From: Treponema sp.
GTDB taxonomy: Bacteria; Spirochaetota; Spirochaetia; Treponematales; Treponemataceae
DNA length: 64,000 bases
Assembly: GCA_045123335.1 (NCBI GenBank)
Contig: JBGVIP010000028.1
Coordinates: 310-64,309, forward strand
Reading direction: 5' to 3'
Shown: piece by piece, positions 1 through 9,738 of the stretch
Layout: each line of letters begins with the position of its first letter
Position numbering within the stretch: position 1 is the first letter of the stretch
Program-made: the position numbers and the translations under genes
The notes under the pieces: generated by a model
The model's input: the letters and a program-made list of their open reading frames with translations, nothing else
Databases searched by the model: none
Told to the model about the DNA's origin: nothing

Positions 1-279
1 ATGAGGAAAAAGGTCGTAGCTCTGGAAGACCATTCCAATCTTCTGGCGGATAAGGTGCATGTCCTTTGTCCTGTTAGAAATAAGTTCGCCGTCCAGATGG
101 ATTTCGCCAGACTGAATTTTTTCCAGCCCGTTAATGCACCTAAGCAGGGTCGACTTTCCGCAGCCAGACGGCCCCAGAATAACAATAACTTCGCCCCTTT
201 CTACGTTAAGCGAAACGTCTTTTAAAATCGTATGTCCGTCAAACGACTTCTTTATATTTTTTATTTCCAGCAATGACAT
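1..279 (-). CDS. Polar amino-acid ABC transporter ATP-binding subunit (5' part, runs off the window)
   Basis: Not in the ORF track. The minus strand from ATG 279 reads MSLLEIKNIKKSFDGHTILKDVSLNVERGEVIVILGPSGCGKSTLLRCINGLE..., with a Walker A motif (GPSGCGKS) and Q-loop (GMVFQSYDLFPH). AGGGG RBS; downstream of two permeases. Confidence 0.93.
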   Translation of the reverse strand, partial: MSLLEIKNIKKSFDGHTILKDVSLNVERGEVIVILGPSGCGKSTLLRCINGLEKIQSGEIHLDGELISNRTKDMHLIRQKIGMVFQSYDLFPH

Positions 280-318
280 AAATTACCCCTGAACAAAATC
301 CTTTTATAACTTCTACAA

Positions 319-1017
319 TTACTTCTGTTTCTTTTCGATATAGCGCGCCCCAAGACTTAAAATCCAGCACACAAAAAAATACATCATGAAGATTACAAAA
401 TAAACCGCAATTGCCGCGGTTGGAACCGTAAGACGGTTTGCCTCTACAATCTGCTGCCCGATTTTTACAACTTCTATTACGCCTACAAAAACAACCAGTG
501 AAGTCGTCTTTATCATTCTAGTAACAAGATTCATGCAGAGCGGAATAAGCGATTGAATCGTCTGCGGAATAATTATATAGAAGAAAACCTGCCTTTCCGT
601 AAGCCCAAGTGCACGTCCGCTTTCATACTGATGGCGTGGAACGCTTTCCAGAGCACCGCGAACTAAATCTCCCATTTCGGCAGTTCCCCACAAAGTAAAC
701 ACAAGAATTGACGCAGCTTCTCCGCTAAGCGAAATGCCGAACGCTCTTGTAAGACCGTAATACGCAACGAACAGAAGAACCAGCTGCGGCATAATCCGCA
801 TAAATTCAAGGTAAATGCGGCTTACAATCTTTATGACACGATTTTTAAAAGTCATAACGATTCCAAATCCGAACCCAAAAATAACAGAAAGCATTACAGA
901 AACAAGCGCAATCCACACAGTAACCCAAAGCCCGCCAAGAAGACGGACAAAATTGGTCCCCATAAAAAGAACGCCGAAAGCGCGCGCAATAGAATCAAGC
1001 ATGTCCGAACTGAGCAT
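319..1017 (-). CDS. Polar amino-acid ABC transporter permease
   Basis: HisM/GlnP-like hydrophobic protein with an EAA loop (ALESVPRHQYESGRALG). Start moved to ATG 1017, which follows AGGAG. Confidence 0.92.
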   Translation of the reverse strand: MLSSDMLDSIARAFGVLFMGTNFVRLLGGLWVTVWIALVSVMLSVIFGFGFGIVMTFKNRVIKIVSRIYLEFMRIMPQLVLLFVAYYGLTRAFGISLSGEAASILVFTLWGTAEMGDLVRGALESVPRHQYESGRALGLTERQVFFYIIIPQTIQSLIPLCMNLVTRMIKTTSLVVFVGVIEVVKIGQQIVEANRLTVPTAAIAVYFVIFMMYFFVCWILSLGARYIEKKQK

Positions 1018-1657
1018 AGCGCAATCTCCTTTCTGCAAACGAAGCTAAAAGCGAAACTGGAAGCAGCAGAATAAAATAAGAAACGCACAGCAGGGTAAGC
1101 GCTTCATCTGTTTTGTAATAAAGACCGATAAGATCCTTTGCCACATACATAAGGTCAGCAAGCGCAACCGCACTGAATACAGAAGTTTCCTTAATCATAA
1201 ACATGATGTTTGCGCACAAGCCCGGCACAGACACAGAGAAAGCCTGCGGAAAAATTACGTACTGCACAACCTGACGTTTAGTAAGCCCAATGCACTGGGC
1301 ACTTTCAATCTGAATTCTAGAAACGCTTTCAAGAGCACTGCGGAATGTTTCTGCCATGTAGCTTCCGCCTAAAAAAGTAAGCCCGATAAGCGCACACTGA
1401 ACGGAAGAAAGCTTTATCCCCATGCGCGGAAAAGCAAAATAAAGGAAGAAAAGCTGAATGAGAAGCGGCGTATTTCTGGAAATTTCAATATAAACGTCAA
1501 CAATACGCCTTAAAACCGGAATCCTTGCATATTTAACAAGAGCACAAAAGAGACCTAAAACAATCGAAAAGACAATTCCAAGTAAAGAAAGCTTAAGCGT
1601 AAGGCCGGCAGCTGCAACATACATGGGAATTACTTTCTGTATAAAACCAATATCCAT
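995..1657 (-). CDS. Polar amino-acid ABC transporter permease
   Basis: RNTPLLIQLFFLYF motif and EAA loop (ALESVSRIQIESAQCIG). Likely start is ATG 1657; TTGACT-17-TAAAAT promoter just upstream. Confidence 0.92.
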   Translation of the reverse strand: MDIGFIQKVIPMYVAAAGLTLKLSLLGIVFSIVLGLFCALVKYARIPVLRRIVDVYIEISRNTPLLIQLFFLYFAFPRMGIKLSSVQCALIGLTFLGGSYMAETFRSALESVSRIQIESAQCIGLTKRQVVQYVIFPQAFSVSVPGLCANIMFMIKETSVFSAVALADLMYVAKDLIGLYYKTDEALTLLCVSYFILLLPVSLLASFAERRLRYAQFGHA

Positions 1658-1761
1658 AAACTGCACAATTTTAAAAGTTTTAATTTTATTAGTCAATGGA
1701 CTGGTTTTATATAATCAGTTCAGTAATCCCTGTTTGTACATTTTTTATGCGACCTGTCTGC

Positions 1762-2628
1762 CTATTCCGGGAATGTTACGGAAATAGTAACTGTGCTGTT
1801 TGCAGGTTCTCCCAAAAGAGCACCAGAAGTCTGTTCAGGAATAATGCCTGAAGAAACAAGCTGAATGCCTGAAGTTCCCGCAAATGGAACAGCATTAACA
1901 GCCTCTTTCTTAGATTCCTTGTCTACAGCAGAAGCAGTTCCGCTTGATTCCTGTGCATTGGTCAAAGCATAAGAAATGCTTCCGTTTTCAGAATAATTAA
2001 TACTCTGATTTCTGCTTACAAGCGAAGAACCTTTTCCCGGAGTTTCATAAGAATCTACTTTGTCAGATTCATTTCCATTTTTATCTTTAAAGAGAGCGTT
2101 AGGAGAATTTGAATCACTCATATCAACTTTTGGAGCAGAAACGTCTGTCGGCCAGGTTTCTACAGAACCATGACCCGTATTAACAGCAGTGGATCTGAAT
2201 ACATTTCTTACACCAAACTTTGTACCGCGAACAGAAGCGGTTGCAACAGGCGAACGTACTGTAAAGCCAACCTTACGATTATTTGTTCTGTTTACTTCAG
2301 AAGAAACGGAACCAGTCGCAACATAAATGCTGGAACTGTCTTTTTCTTCCTGTGATTTTAAAAGTTCAATAGTCATTCTAGTAAGCGGAGCAACATTAAC
2401 TACAGAATCCTGAATTTTAAGAACAAGTTCGCTCTTAAATCCAGTCTGAATTACTGTTCCCTTAGAAAGCTTGTCGCCGGCCTTAGCCGCAGTCCACTGA
2501 TCATTTTTCATGTAGTCAGCGCGTCCTGTTACAGAAACAACCTCTGCATAAAAGTCAGCGGCATAAACATTTGAACAGAACAATGAAGAAACAAGAACTA
2601 AAAAACTTATTATATTTCTCTTACTCAT
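1762..2628 (-). CDS. FecR-domain exported protein
   Basis: Signal peptide followed by a FecR-like beta region (GDKLSKGTVIQTG...TVRSPVATASVRGTKF). Start at ATG 2628 after AGGGGG. Confidence 0.8.
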   Translation of the reverse strand: MSKRNIISFLVLVSSLFCSNVYAADFYAEVVSVTGRADYMKNDQWTAAKAGDKLSKGTVIQTGFKSELVLKIQDSVVNVAPLTRMTIELLKSQEEKDSSSIYVATGSVSSEVNRTNNRKVGFTVRSPVATASVRGTKFGVRNVFRSTAVNTGHGSVETWPTDVSAPKVDMSDSNSPNALFKDKNGNESDKVDSYETPGKGSSLVSRNQSINYSENGSISYALTNAQESSGTASAVDKESKKEAVNAVPFAGTSGIQLVSSGIIPEQTSGALLGEPANSTVTISVTFPE

Positions 2629-2644
2629 AAACATCCCCCTTAAC

Positions 2645-4033
2645 TTAGAACGAAAGTGCCGCACTCAAACTGAATGCAGTTTTATCCATATCGTCGCAGC
2701 TTTCTTTAGAAAGATACTGTGTAACAGAAGCCGCAAACATAAGGTCACTCTTAGCCTGCCACTTTACGCCGGCAGCATACTGCATTCCTGAATACGAAAA
2801 TTCATCCAGTTCGTCGCTTTCATGAGCAGAAGCAACACAGTCACATGCAGCAATAATCATAAGCGAGTCAACCGGTTTAATTGAAGCTGTAAGCCCTACC
2901 TTGGCAAGCCCTGTATGCTGAAGTTCCCTGAGCGAATAAGTTGCAGAAACCTGAGTAATACCATGGAAGTTTTCAAGTCCGCCCTGTGCACAAGAAGCAT
3001 AAACTCCGTTAAGCCCGATAGAAGCCGACTTAAAGTTTGAATAATAAACAAGTCCCGCCTTAGAAAGATTAGAAACCTCTGTTCCGCTTCCGTCATACTG
3101 AGTAAAACCAAATGAAGTATTAACACCGTAGTAAAGGGAATGAGCAATAGGACCTTCTGCAGCAAGAATGGCATACATTCTATTAAATGATGATTTTTCA
3201 AGTCTGAATGCGCCAAGGAACTGTGCACTCAAAGACTGAGTTTTAATCAATCCCGGAAAACCGATTGCAACAGAACCAACGGCATATTTTTCTGCCATAT
3301 CATAAACTTTGTCCGGATCAAGATAGAAAGCATCTGATTCCGGAGTAAGTCTGTTAATAACAGCAAGATTCATTGGAGTAGCCATTTTTTTAGATTCAAG
3401 CTGATTATATTTTTTATCCAGTGCCATATCAGGATCAAGCATCATTGAAACAAGACCGCTAAATTCTTCTGTAATATATCTATCCTGTACCAAAGAATTT
3501 AACTTAGCCTTATTGCGGCTTGAAGCCAGATTTGTATAAGATTCAGAACTAATCATTTTTGCATTCTGTGCATTCAAAAGTCCTGTGTATGCACCATAAA
3601 CAGTAACCTGCACTACAGGCGATTCATATAGGAATTCAATTCCGTCAGAAAGCTGATTGTAGATTGTTCCAGTAAGGTCAGAATAGTAGAATCTTCCGGC
3701 AGAGATTCCCAAAGATCCCTTTCCGACCGGCTTTTTAAGAACAAGCTTACAAAGATCAACATCAAGAACATTTACAGGTGAATCAACATTAAAATCACGT
3801 TCAAAAGAATAAATTGTTTCCGCAGCAAAATAACTGCTGCCGTCTTCAGAAATTGACTGTCTTAACCACAGGGAAGCAGAGTTTTTCTGATCAAGACGGA
3901 ATTTAGAATCCTGACAAGTTTTGATGATTGTATCGTTAGTTACAAGTCCACCAAAATCAAATGCAAAGGAAGAACCCATTGCAAGAACAGAAATTAATAT
4001 AGAAAAAAACTTTATTTTTGCGCTAGAACTCAT
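2645..4033 (-). CDS. Hypothetical exported protein, probable outer-membrane beta-barrel
   Basis: Signal peptide (..SSFA-FDFGG), alternating amphipathic strands and a C-terminal FSLSAALSF barrel signature. Confidence 0.55.
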   Translation of the reverse strand: MSSSAKIKFFSILISVLAMGSSFAFDFGGLVTNDTIIKTCQDSKFRLDQKNSASLWLRQSISEDGSSYFAAETIYSFERDFNVDSPVNVLDVDLCKLVLKKPVGKGSLGISAGRFYYSDLTGTIYNQLSDGIEFLYESPVVQVTVYGAYTGLLNAQNAKMISSESYTNLASSRNKAKLNSLVQDRYITEEFSGLVSMMLDPDMALDKKYNQLESKKMATPMNLAVINRLTPESDAFYLDPDKVYDMAEKYAVGSVAIGFPGLIKTQSLSAQFLGAFRLEKSSFNRMYAILAAEGPIAHSLYYGVNTSFGFTQYDGSGTEVSNLSKAGLVYYSNFKSASIGLNGVYASCAQGGLENFHGITQVSATYSLRELQHTGLAKVGLTASIKPVDSLMIIAACDCVASAHESDELDEFSYSGMQYAAGVKWQAKSDLMFAASVTQYLSKESCDDMDKTAFSLSAALSF

Positions 4034-4482
4034 TATTTTTTACCTGCCTTTTCATCACAGCAATTCATAAGGGCAATCAAATCAGTGCCGGAAACCTTTA
4101 CAGAAGGATCCATTGAAACCGGAATAATTCCTAAAGCCTTAAGTTCCCTGAACGCGTAACGGTCATTATGAAAGATTGAATAAAGCAGTCCGCCTTTTAT
4201 TCCCGAACTTTTTACACAAAGATGAGCAGCTTTTGCAAGAGTAAGAAGCTGATCTGGAGAATTGCTTTCCTTGAAAAGTTTTTCAGAAACCAGAGCATTA
4301 TAGGAATCTTCATAGGTTGCATTTTCTTCTACAAGCCCCATGCAAGATGCAATAAGGTAAGAAGCCTGTCCGTTTGTAAGATTCTGGAATTCAAGCAGTT
4401 CCGAAATTTTCTGCGAGCTCTGGGCAGTTACATGAAATGCACAGAAAGCAAAAACTAAAAGTAAGACAATTTTTCTTAACAT
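4033..4482 (-). CDS. Hypothetical exported protein
   Basis: 149 aa with a signal peptide, translationally coupled to the next gene. Confidence 0.7.
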   Translation of the reverse strand: MLRKIVLLLVFAFCAFHVTAQSSQKISELLEFQNLTNGQASYLIASCMGLVEENATYEDSYNALVSEKLFKESNSPDQLLTLAKAAHLCVKSSGIKGGLLYSIFHNDRYAFRELKALGIIPVSMDPSVKVSGTDLIALMNCCDEKAGKK

Positions 4483-4575
4483 TTAAAACCCTCTATTTTT
4501 AAAAACTAAAGTTTTTATAAGTTTCCTTAACAATAACCCTTATATTTTATCATAATGAATGTTATAATTTTAGTC

Positions 4576-7416
4576 ATGAGTAGTAATAGCAAAAATCGTT
4601 TAAAAGATAAAAATTTCAAAAGATTTTCAGTTGAATTCGTAATTATCGCCATTATTTCTATCGTATGTTCAGTCTTTTCAGTTTTCGGACTGTTCCAGAA
4701 ATTTGACTACCGCATTTACGACATCCTTCTTTCTTTAAAAAAAGCTCCGGCAGAACGCCAGGAACTTCTTCTTGTAGACATTGACGACATGGCTCTGAAC
4801 GAAATGGGCGAATGGCCATGGACAAGAGATAAAATTGCCGATGTACTTATTACAATACGTGAACTGGGTGCGCAGACAGCACTTTTCGATATTGAATACC
4901 TTTCTCCTTCAAGAAAGACGATTGACCAGAATCTTGTTGAAAAAATAAAAGCAAACCCGCAGATGGTAAATCAACTGGACAATATTTTTATTGATAACGA
5001 CGATTATTTTGCGCGTGCCGTTCAGTTTTTTGGCAACACGTGGCTTACAATCAATTCCGGCGACCTTGCAATTACCTACTCTCAGGACGAGCTTGACTAT
5101 GCAAAAAAACGCTTTTTGTACAAAGCAGAAGATAGAAACAACTCTTTTGAAAAGCTGGGCTGCCACAAGGATTATGTAAATTTTTCTCCGGCACTGAACA
5201 AAATCCTTTCTCATGCAAAAGGTGCTGGCTACACAAACGTAAATATTGACTCGGACGGTACACGCCGCCGCATTAAGCTCCTTCTGGAATATGAAGACGG
5301 TGTTCTTGGCCAGCTTGCAATGGCTCCAATGCTTAAAATCATAAAGCCTTCAAGAATTGTATTGCACGGGCAGACGCTGATTCTTTACGAATGTTCCATT
5401 CCGGGCGAAAATTCAAAGAAAACAATAAAAATTCCTCTGGATGACAACGGAACAATGCTTATCAACTGGCTCCATAAGCCGTTTACAACAATCAGGACAA
5501 ACGAAGACGGTGTAGAAGAAATTGATTATGAAAATACATCTTTCAATCACAATTCAATTTTTTATCCTTGGTATTTGAACCAGCTGGAAAAAGGAATTGT
5601 AGACGGCCTTAACAGCTTGAACAGCCTTGAAGCGGCAAATTTGACTTACGCAAACGGAAAACCGCTTGCATACCGCAGCGAATACAAAAAACTTTTGAAT
5701 GACTACAGCGACATTCAGGAATACAAACTTTTCCTTTTAAGCTGCATGAACGGCTACGACAAAGACTCTTTTGCAATTGGCGGGGAAACTGATTCTTCTA
5801 TGTTTGAAGAGTATTTTGCGCTAAGAGCCGCTTTCTTTGAAAATGTAAATGCATTTATGAACAGCGAAAGTTTTAATGAACTTCTTCTTTCTAATGCCGC
5901 ATTGTACAACCCGGAATTCATGCAGGACATTGAAAAACTTTCTTACGACCTTGAAGATTACACAACATATTTTACAACCATGAAAGAAATGTACGCAGGA
6001 AAATTCTGTATCATCGGCAATACGGGAACTGCAACAACAGATCTTGGCTCTACTCCGTTCAACAAGTCTTATCCAAACGTAGGAACACACGCAAACGTAT
6101 ACAACACAATCATGAACAGGGATTTCATTCAGCCAGTTGACTGGTACTGGTATACTCTTCTTGCAGTTATTCTTACATACGCCGCACTCATGATTCAGTT
6201 TAACCGCCGTGGACTTGTTCAGGCTGTAACATTTGTCCTGCTGATTGTAATCATTTCTGCGCTTCCAATTATTGCAATGGCAGGTTTCAGCGTATACCTG
6301 CCGGCCGTAAACGCATTTATCCTTACGGCTTTTTCTGTAATTTCTGTAACCGTAATCAAATTCAGATCGAGCGAAAAAGACAAGAAATTCATTACAAACG
6401 CATTCAGCCAATGTCTTTCAAAAGACGTAGTAAATGAAATCATCAAGGATCCGTCAAAACTGACACTTGGTGGAAAAAACATGGAAATGTCTGCAATTTT
6501 TACGGACATCCAGAAATTTTCGGGCTTCAGCGAACTGCTTTCTGCAAGCGAACTGGTACAGCTTTTAAACTATTATCTTACCCGCATGAGCGAAATCATC
6601 ATAAACGAGCATGGAACCGTAGATAAATACGAAGGAGACGCAATCGTTGCCTTTATGGGTGCCCCTGTTCAGATGGATGACCACGCTGCCCGGGCTTGTT
6701 CTGCCGCAATCAAGATGAAGGCTGCCGAAAAAGTCATTAATCAGGAAATTATAGAAGCAGTTAATGCTGGAACCTGCCCTGCAGAAATGGATCCAACCCT
6801 TTACAGGGCATTCACTATAATGGTTCAGAACAAGAGGACAATCTTTACCCGAATCGGTATTAACAGCGGCGAAATTGTAGCCGGATTTATGGGTTCAGAA
6901 AACAAAAAGAACTACACCGTAATGGGAAATAACGTAAACCTTGCAAGCCGTCTTGAAGGCGTAAACAAGCAGTACTGCACGGACGGTATTCTTATAAGCG
7001 AAGCCACACGAATGGGTCTTGATGACAGTTTTGTTGTGCGCAGCCTTGACCGCGTACAGGTAGTAAACGTAAAAACTCCTATCCGCCTTTACGAACTGAT
7101 ATGCTTTGCTTCTGACTGCGACGAAAACCTGCACCGCTACATTTCTGCATGGGAACAGACAATGCGCGTTTTTGAAGCCGGAAAGTACGAACAGGCCCTG
7201 GAGCAGTTCAAAAAGCTTCTTACAGTACGCCCGAACGACAACGTATGCAAATACTATATTTCCCTTCTGGAAAAATTCTTTATTAAAGGAACATATCCAA
7301 AGCCGCAGGATGATTTTGGAGTTGCCTACAACGCAGAAAATCCAGCCGACATTGATCCGTCCTGGATCGGTACCCCAAAAGAAATTAGGGGAACCTTTAC
7401 ACTTTTGCAGAAATAA
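4576..7416 (+). CDS. CHASE2-domain class III adenylate/guanylate cyclase
   Basis: N-terminal TM, CHASE2 (LLLVDIDD, GEWPWTRD, DSDGTRRR), three TM helices and a cyclase domain (FTDIQKFS, DKYEGDAI, GNNVNLASRLEG). Start is 4555 or, more likely, 4576. Confidence 0.92.
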   Translation: MSSNSKNRLKDKNFKRFSVEFVIIAIISIVCSVFSVFGLFQKFDYRIYDILLSLKKAPAERQELLLVDIDDMALNEMGEWPWTRDKIADVLITIRELGAQTALFDIEYLSPSRKTIDQNLVEKIKANPQMVNQLDNIFIDNDDYFARAVQFFGNTWLTINSGDLAITYSQDELDYAKKRFLYKAEDRNNSFEKLGCHKDYVNFSPALNKILSHAKGAGYTNVNIDSDGTRRRIKLLLEYEDGVLGQLAMAPMLKIIKPSRIVLHGQTLILYECSIPGENSKKTIKIPLDDNGTMLINWLHKPFTTIRTNEDGVEEIDYENTSFNHNSIFYPWYLNQLEKGIVDGLNSLNSLEAANLTYANGKPLAYRSEYKKLLNDYSDIQEYKLFLLSCMNGYDKDSFAIGGETDSSMFEEYFALRAAFFENVNAFMNSESFNELLLSNAALYNPEFMQDIEKLSYDLEDYTTYFTTMKEMYAGKFCIIGNTGTATTDLGSTPFNKSYPNVGTHANVYNTIMNRDFIQPVDWYWYTLLAVILTYAALMIQFNRRGLVQAVTFVLLIVIISALPIIAMAGFSVYLPAVNAFILTAFSVISVTVIKFRSSEKDKKFITNAFSQCLSKDVVNEIIKDPSKLTLGGKNMEMSAIFTDIQKFSGFSELLSASELVQLLNYYLTRMSEIIINEHGTVDKYEGDAIVAFMGAPVQMDDHAARACSAAIKMKAAEKVINQEIIEAVNAGTCPAEMDPTLYRAFTIMVQNKRTIFTRIGINSGEIVAGFMGSENKKNYTVMGNNVNLASRLEGVNKQYCTDGILISEATRMGLDDSFVVRSLDRVQVVNVKTPIRLYELICFASDCDENLHRYISAWEQTMRVFEAGKYEQALEQFKKLLTVRPNDNVCKYYISLLEKFFIKGTYPKPQDDFGVAYNAENPADIDPSWIGTPKEIRGTFTLLQK

Positions 7417-7441
7417 ACGCCGGGAAATGCATTTTTTTACG

Positions 7442-7484
7442 AAAACTCCATATATATATTTTAGAAATATATATATGGAGTTTT
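7442..7484 (+). promoter_or_regulatory. Perfect 20-bp hairpin covering the RBS of Rpn gene 1
   Basis: aaaactccatatatatattt-tag-aaatatatatatggagtttt. The GGAG lies in the 3' arm, 3 nt of T separate the stem from ATG 7488. Confidence 0.75.
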
Positions 7485-7487
7485 TTT

Positions 7488-8417
7488 ATGGAACACGATT
7501 TTCTTACCAGCCACCAGAGCCAGTACAAAGACCGCCTTTTTAAGTTCATCTTTGGGCGTGATGATGAAAACAGCAAAAAATGGCGACTTGAACTATACAA
7601 CACCCTGAACGGCACAAATTACACCGACCCGGATGCGCTTGAACTGAACACTATTGAAAACGTAATTTACATTACAATGCACAACGACATTTCGTTTCTC
7701 TTAGGCACAGAGATGAACCTTTACGAACAGCAGAGCTCGCGCAACCCGAACATGCCGCTTCGTGGATTGCTGTATTTTTCGCAGTTGTACCAGAATTACC
7801 TTACTAAAAACGGGAAAAATTTGATAAGTACCCAGCTTGTAAAAATTCCTACGCCGGAGTTCATCGTTTTCTATACTGGCAGCGAAACCGATCCAAAAGA
7901 ATGGACGCTTAAACTTTCCGATGCCTTTATGAACAAAGACAATTCCGGAGCCTACGAATGGACTGCAAAAGTGCTTAACATTCACCCTTTTTATGCAAAA
8001 GAACTTCAAAAAAGCTGCAAAGCGTTGTATGATTACAGTTGCTACGTCTATAGAATCAAGAACAACATAAAATCCGGCTTGACTAGCGACGAAGCCATTG
8101 AAGAAGCAATCGGTTGGGCAGAAAAAGAACACCTCTTGGGCAACTTCTTCAAAATCCAAAAAGCAGAGGTAATTGGTATGAGTTTAACGGAATTTGACGA
8201 AGATGAATTCAAGCGCATCTGCCGCGAAGATGGCTACGCAGAAGGTCTTTCTGAGGGGCTTTCTAAAGGACAAAAAGACGGTCGCATGGAAAAAGCTGTT
8301 GAAGCGGCAGTAAATTTTCTGAAAGAAGGTGATTCTCCAGAAAAAATTGCACGATGCACCGGCCTGCCTTTGGAAAAAGTTCTTGAACTTGCAGAAAACA
8401 TTACGGTAAAAGCTTAG
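7488..8417 (+). CDS. Rpn-family (recombination-promoting nuclease/putative transposase, PD-(D/E)XK-like) protein, copy 1
   Basis: Motifs YKDRLFKFIFG, HNDISFL, LYEQQSSRNPNMPLRGLLY and PTPEFIVFYTG; EG-repeat linker; C-terminal HTH-like tail (PEKIARCTGLPLEKV). Confidence 0.8.
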   Translation: MEHDFLTSHQSQYKDRLFKFIFGRDDENSKKWRLELYNTLNGTNYTDPDALELNTIENVIYITMHNDISFLLGTEMNLYEQQSSRNPNMPLRGLLYFSQLYQNYLTKNGKNLISTQLVKIPTPEFIVFYTGSETDPKEWTLKLSDAFMNKDNSGAYEWTAKVLNIHPFYAKELQKSCKALYDYSCYVYRIKNNIKSGLTSDEAIEEAIGWAEKEHLLGNFFKIQKAEVIGMSLTEFDEDEFKRICREDGYAEGLSEGLSKGQKDGRMEKAVEAAVNFLKEGDSPEKIARCTGLPLEKVLELAENITVKA

Positions 8418-8444
8418 CAGTAAATCGCCGCCCACCCCATTACC

Positions 8445-9473
8445 TTAAAATCTGCTATTTTCCAGTGCGGCTTCTATTTCTTTAACAAAATCGCGGCCCC
8501 AGTAGTCGCAGAGCATTTCGTAGGCTTCTTCTTTTATTTCAGGCTCAACCATTTTGCGGAACGTCATTATATTGTGCGCAAGAAAAGAGCGGCAGTTCTG
8601 CTTTATGGTGTCCATAATTTCTTTTGTAAAGACTTTTTCCATCTGTGGCTCTGGCAAGCTTTCTATTTCTGAAAAAATAGACGTAAAAACCGATGCCGTA
8701 GAAACAATCTTTTCCCAGTTCTTAATGTCAGTGATTTTGCGGTTTCCAGTAATGCCGTTTCCAACGCAATACACATAGGCGGAGTCTTCAACACCAAGAT
8801 ATTTACAGTCGTGTAGAGCCGCCTCGTAAGAAAGCCACACAAACTGAAGATAATCTTCTGCCATAGTACAGGAAACAGGCGGAATATGCTCCATTGTATT
8901 CAAAATAAGCTCGCGGTCGTAAAGCTTACCACACATAAACCCAATAATATCCATGTCGATTAAAAAATGCTCTATAATCTGATGCCCGCAAAGTTCCCCT
9001 AAATGAACATTATGAGCCTTAGAATTCATTTCCTGCATGTAATGTTCAGAACCGCTGCCTACTACCCGCAAAGCACTATGAACAATCTGAGCATTGTTTT
9101 CCTTTGCATAATTTAAAAGCCCAGGTAAAGCGCCGGCTTCCAGATAATCGTCGCTATCCAGCATAAAAACCCGCGCACCATTAGAAGCGTAAACCGCCGT
9201 CCGCCGCGCTTCAAACGCACCCTTATTCTGCGCATGACGAATATACTGAACCGGAAAATTACATTTTTTCTTAAAACCCTTTACAATTTCTGCACAGGAA
9301 CGCCCGTCCTCATCCTTACCGGGCGAACAATCGTCAACAACAACAAGTTCTATAGAACATCCTTCTGTCACCTGCGCCTTTACAGATTCCAGACACCGCA
9401 GCAAAGTATTTTCCGTGCCATACACAGGAACAAGAACGCTTATATCAATTTTTTTCTTTCCAAACAAAAACAT
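8445..9473 (-). CDS. Glycosyltransferase family 2
   Basis: ISVLVPVYGTE, VVVDDCS, NKGAFEARR and DXD (LDSDD) motifs. Confidence 0.9.
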   Translation of the reverse strand: MFLFGKKKIDISVLVPVYGTENTLLRCLESVKAQVTEGCSIELVVVDDCSPGKDEDGRSCAEIVKGFKKKCNFPVQYIRHAQNKGAFEARRTAVYASNGARVFMLDSDDYLEAGALPGLLNYAKENNAQIVHSALRVVGSGSEHYMQEMNSKAHNVHLGELCGHQIIEHFLIDMDIIGFMCGKLYDRELILNTMEHIPPVSCTMAEDYLQFVWLSYEAALHDCKYLGVEDSAYVYCVGNGITGNRKITDIKNWEKIVSTASVFTSIFSEIESLPEPQMEKVFTKEIMDTIKQNCRSFLAHNIMTFRKMVEPEIKEEAYEMLCDYWGRDFVKEIEAALENSRF

Positions 9474-9594
9474 AATTCCCCGATGATTACACCATTACAA
9501 ATTCTGCATTGCACAATACCATTCATTTAACGGTAGTTGAGCCTGTCAAACCACTATACATAGAATTTCGCAATTAATAGCTCAACTTTATAAA

Positions 9595-9631
9595 AAAGAC
9601 CGCCACAGGCTAGAACCTCGTGGCGGTCTTT
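9595..9631. terminator. Strong hairpin, probably the terminator of the lipoprotein operon (minus strand)
   Basis: aaagaccgccac / gtggcggtcttt 12-bp stem with an A-tract on the left (U-tract on minus). Confidence 0.7.
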
Positions 9632-9738
9632 ATCCGCAAAGTGAAGCAAGACGCTAAATTGCGAAATGCCGCCTGTTTTTAATATAACAAACCTTATTGC
9701 AGATAAGCAATAACAAACAATTTAGCCATATAACTGCC

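Noticed and set aside
1-225. ORF-track 74-aa plus-strand ORF
   Set aside because: It is the antisense shadow of the minus-strand ABC ATPase, which has a clear Walker A motif and RBS.
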